A stretch of DNA of 33,518 bases from Acidobacteriota bacterium (GTDB lineage: Bacteria; Acidobacteriota; UBA4820; DSQY01), in contig JBFLVU010000001.1 in assembly GCA_040758175.1 (NCBI GenBank), forward strand, positions 6,789 to 40,306. The letters are read 5' to 3'. Shown piece by piece: positions 10,701 to 20,040 of the stretch (the first letter of the stretch is position 1; every line of letters starts with the position of its first letter). The notes under the pieces are model-generated. The model was not told the origin of the DNA. It worked only from the letters and a program-made list of their open reading frames with translations, and ran no database searches. A program made the translations under genes and the position numbers.

Positions 10701-13007
10701 GTGTACCAGTCCTCGGTTCTGCCTCCACCCCGATATGTTCAGGACGACGCTTCTGCCACGAGTTTCGATTCGTTCTCTCTGGACCAGACTCCTCCCCTGG
10801 CACCCGAGATCCATCAGCCCGCGGACGGCTCCGCGACAACGGACACCACGCCGGCGATCTCCGGAACGGCCGAACCCAACGCCACGGTGTCCCTCTACCT
10901 CGACGGCAGCGGGACGCCTGTCCTCGTCACGGCGGACGGGGCCGGAAACTGGACGTACATCCCGCCCGCCTCCATCGGCTACGGGGACCACCAGGTTTTT
11001 GCCACCGCCACCGACGCGGCGGGCAACGTGTCGCACGCCTCCGCGACCTCCCAATTCGCCGTCGTCCACGAGGCCCCCGTGGTGGGCGGTCCCGTCGTAG
11101 CGAGCCCCTTCGGGAATGCGGTTTCGGGGACCTCCTCCTCCCCGGTGGGAACGACGATCACCGTCTCCGTGAACGGCATCTCCGCCGGGACGACGACGGT
11201 CCAGGCCGACGGAACGTGGAGCCTTACCGGCATCCTCGGCCTCGTGGGCGGAGAGAGCGTCACGGCGACGGCGGGGACCGGGTCGGCCCAGTCGGGGGTG
11301 TCGAACACCCTTCTCGTGACCCCCTACCCGCCGATCGTGGATTCCCCGGCCTACGCGGGAGCCACGAGCGTGACGGGCACGTCGGACCAGCCCGCGGGGT
11401 CCCTCGTCACGGTTTACCTCGGCGGGCTCTCCGTCGGCACGGCCACGGTGCAGGCCGACGGCTCGTGGACCCTGGCGGGCCTCTCGACTCCCCTGTCGGA
11501 CGGAGACACCCTCACGGCCACCGTCACCGTCGGGGGGCAAACGTCGGCCCCCTCGGCGGAAGTGACCGTGGCGCAAGAGGCCGGAGATGTCACGCCGTCG
11601 CCGTGGGTGACGAGCCCCATCTACGCGGGCGCCGTGCGCGTGAGCGGGACCTCCGTCAGCCCCGAGGGAACTCGGATCGACGTGTTCGTGGACGGCGCTT
11701 ACGTGGGGAGCACGACCGTCACCTCCTTGGGAACCTGGACGCTGAACCTTCCCGCCGGAGCCGCCCTTCGGGACGGCCAGGCGGTGGCGGCGACGGCCAC
11801 GGACGAAGCGAACGGCTTGGGGACCTCGGCCCCCAGCCCCGAAGTTCTCGTCTCCGCCAACGCCGCGGACCGCACGCCGAGTCCCGTCATCACGTCCCCC
11901 ATCTATGCGGGAGCCACTTCGGTGGAGGGGACCTCGTCCTCGCCCCAGGGGACCCGGGTCGACGTGTACGCCGACGGAGTCTTTCTCGGAGCCACGACGG
12001 TCCAAGCCGGAGGAAGCTGGACCCTTTCCGGAATCGGGCCGCTGGAAGAGGGTACCGTGTTGCGGGCCACCGCCACGGACGAGGCGGGCGGCCACGGGAC
12101 CTCCACTCCCTCGGCCCCCGTCACGGTTCTGGCCGTTCGAAGCACGCCTCCCATCGTCAGCGCTTCCCTTCTGGCGGGGTCTCCGGCGACGATCCACGGG
12201 AGCAGCGTGGAGGCCGCAGGGTCGGTGATCACGGTTTACGTCAACGGGGCGTCCGCGGGAACCACTACGGTGAACGCCGACGGTTCCTGGAACCTGCCCG
12301 GAATCGTTCTTGCCGCGGGAGACCTGGTCAAGGCCACGGTGCAGGCCAGCGGCAAGTCCGTGAGCGCGGACTCCAACGTGGTCCGCGTGTCGGGAGACGC
12401 CTCGGCCGTGACCCCTCCTCCGGTCATCTCAGCGCCCATCGCTTCCGGGGCAACCACCGTTTCGGGCACGGCGGAGCCGGGCGCCGCGGTGGACGTGTAC
12501 GCCGATGGGGTCTTCCTGGGGACCGTCACGACCGACGCTCTCGGGGGATGGACCCTCGCGGGCCTGCCCCCTGCCGAGGACGGGGCGGTTTACACGGCCA
12601 CGGCCACGCTGGCTCCCGACGGCACCTCGGACTGGAGCGCGCCCGTGGTCGTCGGGACGGCCATCCACCTTCTGCGCTCGGACGCCATGACCTCCCTGAC
12701 ACAGGACCGCAGGCCCCTCTTCACCCACGCCGCGGCCACGCCTCCCTATCCCTCCCTGGAGACCCTCGGGCCCAACCACGTCTTCAACGCCTCCGAGGGG
12801 AGCGACGCGCTCCAGCCCTCGGCGCCGGACACGGCGGACGACGACAAGGCGTACCTGCGAAACGTGGCAACGGGGGCGACGGACCCGGACACCGCCGTAC
12901 TGACGGACCACGGGCGTCCGCTGGTGTTCTACGAACTGCTGGACAACAACGCGCACACGCTGAAGCTGGCCAAGGTGTCGGGCGCCATCCAGTTCACCGT
13001 GGAGTGA
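7800..13007 (+). CDS. Large secreted surface protein/adhesin: DOMON/CBM9-like N-terminal domain, three Ig-like repeats with DxNxDG-type Ca-binding loops, ~7 bacterial Ig-like repeats, unrecognised C-terminal domain
   Basis: Signal peptide; ITVDGNSSDW...FEARIPWSGIG; loops DLNGDAIWD, DSNSDGRPD, DPDGDG; repeats of type P.I.SP.YAGATSV.GTS...V.VY.DG...G.WTL...ATAT; T/S/G/A-rich; start at 7791 (GTG) or 7800 (ATG). Confidence 0.85.
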   Translation: MTRTHGFRFRFLGGIVLALAGSCALPWSAQTCAFGNGGGAGSGGGGATLLTITVDGNSSDWGPVLANSAQVTFDGEWVSPCSASTDRDCDGYGITGRDLAVFAWTYDSTNIYLYVKRFGSSTNTQTFYFYMDTSSNQRINTGEKVYQVLLSGSNRKTDGTLYTYAAVDGTNGDALVAPAGYPYPDYADGYTVPGSIHTPVPVYSGLIAGFADGTGFEARIPWSGIGVSSGTAIFFHVSSTNNSNPAQVPASIDDNLGGVGGGIGAFAFRLVSVTPDHSSAVSPGHPTVTTYSHTVTNTGTLPDRYDLTAFSSLGFQAELYFGASLAATDLNGDAIWDSVDSAFDSNSDGRPDTPQLLPSEAYVVELRLTAPDGVANVLDETRISAFSQGQSDVCASALDSTALGEVTLTPSPQSLTLTAGGTADYGLTLANGGLEDVVDLRAASSLGWMVEIYDGSTLVARDLTGDGLWDTVDSAYDSNANGRPDFGALSTGTSISFTARVTAPSGAASGVADTVTILAQGAQEGETATAVLHSTVRLRLTLEPSYRTVDGTQKYSGQGKSVFYAHALTNSWSTADSVTLSAASSPAGWTQRFYTDPDGDGSPADGSLIGGPLDLPANGGSVDLILEVVIPSGLTLPLTHVSAVTATGSASAPSVTDEVRVSFVATFEDPGRAVAKNVFSRCQIIYFLGSSLVPASNYRFRLLNPEGTQVHNQTALSDGNGDAWDEYEVAAADPTGTWTLELYNASGTRVDFMSVYVDPPPANPSTVDPIATGEASYALTGENLAITATFNNTSTGADYSGTTYRYLVRTPDLGQFLGDDGVFTAYSGSDATRTTSPHTVYALSSETETVTVNSVEFPVAGLYRIDVTWTGSCGNGIAEGTKYFPVGTTLASYADAGHAEPSDSFGPGSTVHLFGTTYLPTTDHVVAFYSPGGDLVLTQSAASTADGTLSTDVPESLLGAEGTWTAVVYQSSVLPPPRYVQDDASATSFDSFSLDQTPPLAPEIHQPADGSATTDTTPAISGTAEPNATVSLYLDGSGTPVLVTADGAGNWTYIPPASIGYGDHQVFATATDAAGNVSHASATSQFAVVHEAPVVGGPVVASPFGNAVSGTSSSPVGTTITVSVNGISAGTTTVQADGTWSLTGILGLVGGESVTATAGTGSAQSGVSNTLLVTPYPPIVDSPAYAGATSVTGTSDQPAGSLVTVYLGGLSVGTATVQADGSWTLAGLSTPLSDGDTLTATVTVGGQTSAPSAEVTVAQEAGDVTPSPWVTSPIYAGAVRVSGTSVSPEGTRIDVFVDGAYVGSTTVTSLGTWTLNLPAGAALRDGQAVAATATDEANGLGTSAPSPEVLVSANAADRTPSPVITSPIYAGATSVEGTSSSPQGTRVDVYADGVFLGATTVQAGGSWTLSGIGPLEEGTVLRATATDEAGGHGTSTPSAPVTVLAVRSTPPIVSASLLAGSPATIHGSSVEAAGSVITVYVNGASAGTTTVNADGSWNLPGIVLAAGDLVKATVQASGKSVSADSNVVRVSGDASAVTPPPVISAPIASGATTVSGTAEPGAAVDVYADGVFLGTVTTDALGGWTLAGLPPAEDGAVYTATATLAPDGTSDWSAPVVVGTAIHLLRSDAMTSLTQDRRPLFTHAAATPPYPSLETLGPNHVFNASEGSDALQPSAPDTADDDKAYLRNVATGATDPDTAVLTDHGRPLVFYELLDNNAHTLKLAKVSGAIQFTVE
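10782..12656 (+). repeat. Seven diverged tandem ~85-95-aa bacterial Ig-like repeats within the surface protein
   Basis: Recurrent P-x-V/I-x-S-P, GTS/GTA, G-x-W-T/S-L and ATAT motifs in the translation. Confidence 0.8.
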
Positions 13008-13034
13008 GCCCAGCGCAAACGTGAACCACCCATG

Positions 13035-13064
13035 GGGCGGGCTTCGGCCCGCCCGTTTCCTTTT
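13035..13064 (+). terminator. Rho-independent terminator of the surface-protein gene
   Basis: GGGCGGGC-TTCG-GCCCGCCC followed by GTTTCCTTTT. Confidence 0.85.
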
Positions 13065-13066
13065 CA

Positions 13067-13222
13067 GAGCGCTGAACGAGGGGCCGGTTGAACCGGGGGG
13101 ACGGGAGGAAGGATCGAAAGGGAAGACCCATCATTGGGCCCGCCTCTCGTCCTTCCCCACCTCCCCATGAAAAAGTCTCCTTATTGAATCCGGCGCCCTC
13201 GACCCCTGGGGATGTGGCGCTC
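13067..13222 (-). ncRNA. Candidate structured RNA (long interrupted hairpin, 6S-like shape)
   Basis: Nested complementary segments on the minus strand: GAGCGC/GCGCTC, GAGGGCGCCGG/CCGGCCCCTC, GGAAGGA/TCCTTCC, CGAGAGG/CCTTTCG, CCCA-ATGA-TGGG, with an AU-rich asymmetric internal bubble; strand and family uncertain. Confidence 0.3.
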
Positions 13223-13234
13223 GCTTTGGGGAAT

Positions 13235-15220
<1,986 letters not shown>

Positions 15221-15290
15221 GGGTCCTCCTCAGGCCCGGGGCGGCGGGCCGAGGCCGCCCCGCGGGAGGGCCATTGTACGCCCGGAGCCG

Positions 15291-15590
15291 TCAGGCGTCG
15301 TGGAGGGCGGCCTCCACGGGGAGGACCCACGCGTGGGTGGACTCGCAGAGCTTGCGGTCCTCCTTGCACTGCCGGATGCAGTTCATCAGGCCGGAGACCG
15401 CCTCGTCGGGGACAACCGAGACGACCACCACCGAGGCTCCCGGATGAACTCGGTCCCCCCGCTTCATGCCGGACGCCCCCGCCCCCCACACCTGGGGAAT
15501 CACCGTGTATCCGGTCACGCCCTTCTCCCTCAGGGTGTTCATGCAATGCGGCTCGTACTCGCTGTCCGTCACCAAGAACAACATCTTCAT
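15291..15590 (-). CDS. P-II-like, transporter-associated small protein
   Basis: MKMLFLVT...GVTGYTVIPQVWGAGASG...HPG...AWVLPVE has the PII-superfamily pattern; GAGGT RBS; last gene of the RND operon. Confidence 0.75.
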   Translation of the reverse strand: MKMLFLVTDSEYEPHCMNTLREKGVTGYTVIPQVWGAGASGMKRGDRVHPGASVVVVSVVPDEAVSGLMNCIRQCKEDRKLCESTHAWVLPVEAALHDA

Positions 15591-15612
15591 CTCTATACCT
15601 CGAGTCTTCTTG

Positions 15613-15684
15613 ACCACAGAGGACACTGAGCGCACAGAGGACCTATCGAATCGACAACTCTGTGCTCTCTGTGACTTTTGTGGT
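15613..15684. repeat. Palindromic element of 3x9-nt arms
   Basis: Left arm ACCACAGAG-GACACTGAG-CGCACAGAG (15613-15639), 18-nt spacer, right arm CTCTGTGCT-CTCTGTGAC-TTTTGTGGT (15658-15684). Confidence 0.85.
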
Positions 15685-15695
15685 GAATCCCATGG

Positions 15696-18600
15696 CTATT
15701 CCTCTTCCTCCAGGGCCTCGTCCTCCACGGGCGGCTTGTCGCCGTAAAAGAGGACGTACAGGATGGGGATGGCGCCCCAGGACAACAGGGTGGACGCCAC
15801 CTCGCCGGCCATGAGGGCAACGGCCATGCCCTGGAAGATGGGGTCCGCCAGCATGACCGAGGAGCCCACGACGACGGCGAGGGCCGTCAGAAGCATGGGC
15901 CGGAAACGCACGGCCCCTCCCTCCACCACGGCATCCTTGAGGGGCATCCCCTGGCGCATCTTCATTTCGGCGAAGTCGATGACGAGGATGGAATTGCGCA
16001 CGACGATGCCCGCCAGGGCGATGAAGCCGATCATGGAGGTGGCGGTGAAGAAGACGCCCGCGGCGGCGTGGGCGGGGAGGATCCCCACCAGGGAGAGGGG
16101 GATGGGGGCCATGATGGCCAGAGGCGTCAGGTAGCTCCTGAACCATCCCACCACCAGGATGTACATGAACACGAGAACCAGGGCGAAGGCGATGCCCAGG
16201 TCCCGGAAGACCTCGTAGGTGATCTGCCACTCCCCGTCCCATTTCACGGCGTAGCGATCCGACAGGAGCGGGACCTCCGTGTAGAAACGCTTCAGGCCCG
16301 TGGTCCCGTCGGGCAGGCGGAGGCGGTCGAGGGCGCGGTTGAGCTTGAACATGGCGTACACGGGGCTCTCCTCCACCCCCGCCACATCCCCCACGACGTA
16401 CACCACGCGCCGGAGGTTCTTGTGGTAAATCTCCTGAGGGATCTCGGACCTTTGGACGTCCACCACCTGCGAGAGGGGAATGAGGGTCCCCTGGCGATTT
16501 TGGATCTGCAGGGAGGCGAGGGCCGCCAGGTCGAAGCGGGACTCGCGGGGCATGCGAACGGTGATCGGGACCGTTTCGCGCTCTCGCGGCATGTGGGCCA
16601 TCGTCACGGTGGCGCCCCGGACGGCCATGGAGACCGCCAGGCTCACCTCCGCGACGGAGAGTCCGGCGGCGGAAGCCTTCCTGGGATCCACCACCAGATC
16701 GACCTGCTCCTGGGGGTCCACGGCGTAGATATCGGTGTCCACGACACCCGCCGTTTCCCGGAAAACCCTCAACACGTCGCGCCCCGCCTGGAATTGTCCG
16801 CCAAGGTCGGGCCCGTAGATCTCCGCCACGAGGGTCGAAAGCACCGGGGGCCCCGGCGGGATCTCCACGACCTTCAAGGCCACACCGAGTTCCTTCGCGA
16901 GGGGTTCCAGGAGGGAGCGGGCCTCCTTCGCCAGGTCGTGGCTCTGGCGGCCCCGGGCGTGCTTCGGAAGGAGGTTGACCTGGATGTCCGCGGCGTGGGG
17001 AATCTGGCGGAGGTAGTAGTGGCGGACCAAGCCGTTGAAGGTGATGGGCCCCGAGGTCCCGGCGTAAATCTGGTAGTCCGTCACCTCGGGCATTTCCATG
17101 AGCTTCTGAGCCATGGCTTGCGCCGCCTGCAGGCTCTTCTCCAGGGAGGCCCCTTCGGGCAGGTCCAGGACGACCTGGAACTCGCTCTTGTTGTCGAAGG
17201 GGAGCATCTTGACCTTGGTGACCTTGAAGGCCACCAGGGCTACGGAGAGGGCCAGGAGGAGGACGTTCCCGGCCAGGAAGAGGAGCCCCATCCTCCGGTC
17301 GTGCGTCAATCGGGTCATCACCCGGCGGTACAGGCCCAGGAGGCGGCCCATGATCCTGCCCTCGTGTTCCTCCCCCGCGTGGACCTTGTCCTTCAGGAGC
17401 TTGAAGGCGGCCCACGGGGAGACCATGAAAGCCACCACGAGGGAGATGATCATGGCCGCCGAGGCGCCCACGGGGATGGGGCGCATGTAGGGTCCCATCA
17501 TTCCCCTCACGAAGGCCATGGGGAGAATGGCGGCGATGACGGTGAAGGTGGCCAGGATCGTGGGGTTGCCCACCTCGTCCACGGCCTCGATGGCTTTGCG
17601 CGTGAGGCTCCGGCCGTCCTTCATGGTGAAGTGCCGGTAGATGTTCTCCACAACGACGATGGCGTCGTCCACCAGGATGCCGATGGAGAAGATGAGGGCG
17701 AATAGCGTCACGCGGTTGAGGGTGTATCCGCCCAGGTAGTAGATCAGGAGGGTGAAGGCCAGGGTGACGGGCACCGCGATGCCGACGACGAGCGATTCTC
17801 GGAATCCCAGCATGAAAGCGATAAGCAGGACGACGGAGACGGTGGCCAGGAGCAGGTGCTTGATGAGTTCGTCGGACTTCTCCCCCGCGCTTTCCCCGTA
17901 GTCCCGGGTCACGGTCACCGAAACATCTCTCGGAATAAGCCTTCCTTGGAGAGACTCCACCTTGTGGAGGAGGACCTCGTTGAGGGCCGTGGCGTTCACG
18001 CCGGGCCTCTTCGCCACCGTCAGCGTGACGGCCGGATACTGGCCGCGCGCTTCGGGCGGGATTCCCCGGGCCGAGGCCCCGGGGCCCACGCCGAAGAGGA
18101 CGTACTGGCCGGGGAGGGGTGGACCGTCCTCGAGGGCGGCCACGTCCCCCAAGTAGACCGGACGACCCTGGTGGAAACCTACCAGGACGGCGGCGGCGTC
18201 CCGGGAGTCCCGGATCCAGGAGCCCACTTCCAGCCGGACCTCGCGATTGTCCTTCACGAGGGAGCCTGCGGGCAGGCGAGAGTTGAAGGCCTGCAGGCTC
18301 TGGGCGACGGCCAGGGGGTTCACGCCGTGGGCCGCCATGCGGACCGGGTCGAGGACGACTCGAAGTTCCCGCTTTTGGGCCCCGAGGATCTCCACCGCGG
18401 CGACGTCGGGAACGGCGCGGAGCTCGATCTCGAGCTCCTGGGCCACACGGGTGAGGGCGTAGGCGTCGTACCCCTTTCCCCAGAGGGTGAGTCCGAGAAC
18501 CGGCACGTCGTCGATGGACTTGAGCTTGATGAGGGGGAACAGGGCGCCGGGCGGCATCTGGTTCAGGTTCCCGGCGACCTTGTCGTAAATCCGAAGGAGG

Positions 18601-18929
18601 GCCGTTTCCTCCGCCGTGTTGACCTCGAAGCGGACGATGATCATGCCCATGTTGGCGCTGGAAGTGGAGTACACGTACTCCACGTTGGGGATCTCCCACA
18701 GGAGCTTCTCCAGGGGGGTGACGACGCGCTGCTCCACCTCCTCGGGGGAGGCCCCAGGCAGGGGCACGAAAATGTCCACCATGGGGACTTTGATTTGGGG
18801 CTCCTCCTCCCTCGGCGTCATGAGGACCGCGAAGGTGCCGAGGAGGAGGGATGTGACCACGAAGAGAAGGGTCAGCTTGTTCCTGAGAAAGTAGTGGGCG
18901 ATGGACCCCGACGGACCCACTCGGATCAT
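15696..18929 (-). CDS. RND efflux transporter permease (AcrB/CusA superfamily)
   Basis: TPREEEPQI...PGASPEEVE, TM4 IGILVDDAIVVVENI, TM10 GIVVRNSILVIDF, RFRPMLLT; 1077 aa. Confidence 0.95.
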   Translation of the reverse strand: MIRVGPSGSIAHYFLRNKLTLLFVVTSLLLGTFAVLMTPREEEPQIKVPMVDIFVPLPGASPEEVEQRVVTPLEKLLWEIPNVEYVYSTSSANMGMIIVRFEVNTAEETALLRIYDKVAGNLNQMPPGALFPLIKLKSIDDVPVLGLTLWGKGYDAYALTRVAQELEIELRAVPDVAAVEILGAQKRELRVVLDPVRMAAHGVNPLAVAQSLQAFNSRLPAGSLVKDNREVRLEVGSWIRDSRDAAAVLVGFHQGRPVYLGDVAALEDGPPLPGQYVLFGVGPGASARGIPPEARGQYPAVTLTVAKRPGVNATALNEVLLHKVESLQGRLIPRDVSVTVTRDYGESAGEKSDELIKHLLLATVSVVLLIAFMLGFRESLVVGIAVPVTLAFTLLIYYLGGYTLNRVTLFALIFSIGILVDDAIVVVENIYRHFTMKDGRSLTRKAIEAVDEVGNPTILATFTVIAAILPMAFVRGMMGPYMRPIPVGASAAMIISLVVAFMVSPWAAFKLLKDKVHAGEEHEGRIMGRLLGLYRRVMTRLTHDRRMGLLFLAGNVLLLALSVALVAFKVTKVKMLPFDNKSEFQVVLDLPEGASLEKSLQAAQAMAQKLMEMPEVTDYQIYAGTSGPITFNGLVRHYYLRQIPHAADIQVNLLPKHARGRQSHDLAKEARSLLEPLAKELGVALKVVEIPPGPPVLSTLVAEIYGPDLGGQFQAGRDVLRVFRETAGVVDTDIYAVDPQEQVDLVVDPRKASAAGLSVAEVSLAVSMAVRGATVTMAHMPRERETVPITVRMPRESRFDLAALASLQIQNRQGTLIPLSQVVDVQRSEIPQEIYHKNLRRVVYVVGDVAGVEESPVYAMFKLNRALDRLRLPDGTTGLKRFYTEVPLLSDRYAVKWDGEWQITYEVFRDLGIAFALVLVFMYILVVGWFRSYLTPLAIMAPIPLSLVGILPAHAAAGVFFTATSMIGFIALAGIVVRNSILVIDFAEMKMRQGMPLKDAVVEGGAVRFRPMLLTALAVVVGSSVMLADPIFQGMAVALMAGEVASTLLSWGAIPILYVLFYGDKPPVEDEALEEEE

Positions 18930-19987
18930 GGCGCCACCTCAATCGGCGTGCCATCCTGCAGTCCGGCGGGGACGGGCGCGATCACCCGCTCCCCGGCGGA
19001 GAGGCCGCTCAGGACCTGGGCGATCCCTCCCTCCCTCCGGCCCACCTGGATCCAGCGGAGGCGCGCGAGGCCTTGGTCGACCACGAAGACGCCGTCCATC
19101 TGCCCCTGGGTCAAGACCGCCTCTTCGGGGACGGCGAGCGCCTTCTCGGCGAGGGCATCGAAGCGAATGCGGGCGAACTGTCCGGGCCGCAAGTTCGTGC
19201 CCGGGGGAACGGCCACCTTGACGGAAGAGGTCCGGCTCAGGGGGTCGGCGGCCGGGACGACGGAAGCGAGGGTCCCGCGGAGGGGCTCAGGGATTCCGTC
19301 CACGCGAACGTCGGCGGCCTGGCCCGGGGCGAGGAGCCGGGAGCGCTCCTCGGGGACGGCCACGCCGATTTCCAGGTCCGAGGGATCTTCGAGGGTGAGG
19401 AGCGGCGCGCCAGGGTAGGCGAGGTTCCCGGGGTCCAGCCACCTCCGGGTGACAATCCCGTCGGACGGCGCCGTGATTCGGCCGTAGGAGAGGAGGGTTT
19501 CCGCCATCTTCACGTTGGCCTCGGCCTGGGCCTTCTGCGCGCGGACCGCCGCCGCCCCCGCCTGCGCCTGTTCCAACTGGTGCCGGGTCACGGCCTTTTG
19601 GTCGAACAGGTTCTGAAATCGCTCGAGGTCCCTGTCGGCGTTGTTCGAGGCGATTTCAGCAGCCTGAAGGCCGGCCCGGGCCTGATCGTAGGCGCTCTGG
19701 GCCTCGGCGGCATCCACGTCCACGAGGGGCTGCCCCCTCCGGACGGATTGGCCCTCCTCCACGTACAAGCGGAGTACGCGGCCCATCATCTTTGTGGAGA
19801 TTGTGACGGCACGGCGGCTCTTCACGCTTCCCGTATAGGCCTCCCCGGCGGGCATGAGCTTCGGCGCGGCCTCGGCCACCTTCACGGTCACGGCCGGCCC
19901 GGGGTCCCGTTTCTCCACCTTATGCCCGCACGCCATCAGGCCTGCAGCGGCCGCCACCGAAATCCAGATCCTCGCGTTCTTCATCAT
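18926..19987 (-). CDS. RND periplasmic adaptor (MFP), lipoprotein
   Basis: Lipobox GLMAC; lipoyl halves GRVLRLYVEEGQSVRRGQPL and ITAPSDGIV; overlaps RND start by ATGA; an in-frame ATG at 20041 is an alternative start. Confidence 0.9.
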   Translation of the reverse strand: MMKNARIWISVAAAAGLMACGHKVEKRDPGPAVTVKVAEAAPKLMPAGEAYTGSVKSRRAVTISTKMMGRVLRLYVEEGQSVRRGQPLVDVDAAEAQSAYDQARAGLQAAEIASNNADRDLERFQNLFDQKAVTRHQLEQAQAGAAAVRAQKAQAEANVKMAETLLSYGRITAPSDGIVTRRWLDPGNLAYPGAPLLTLEDPSDLEIGVAVPEERSRLLAPGQAADVRVDGIPEPLRGTLASVVPAADPLSRTSSVKVAVPPGTNLRPGQFARIRFDALAEKALAVPEEAVLTQGQMDGVFVVDQGLARLRWIQVGRREGGIAQVLSGLSAGERVIAPVPAGLQDGTPIEVAP

Positions 19988-20040
19988 CGAGACACCCCTG
20001 TCTTTCCCGTCTTTTCCGCCACGCCTGTTCCCGGGTTCCA

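Noticed and set aside
15273-15278. TACAAT -10 element for uvrB and a possible SOS box
   Set aside because: No supporting -35 or extended -10, and no recognisable LexA palindrome; too weak to list as a feature
15613-15684. CRISPR array or IS terminal repeats
   Set aside because: No repeat-spacer periodicity, no cas or transposase genes, no evident target-site duplication
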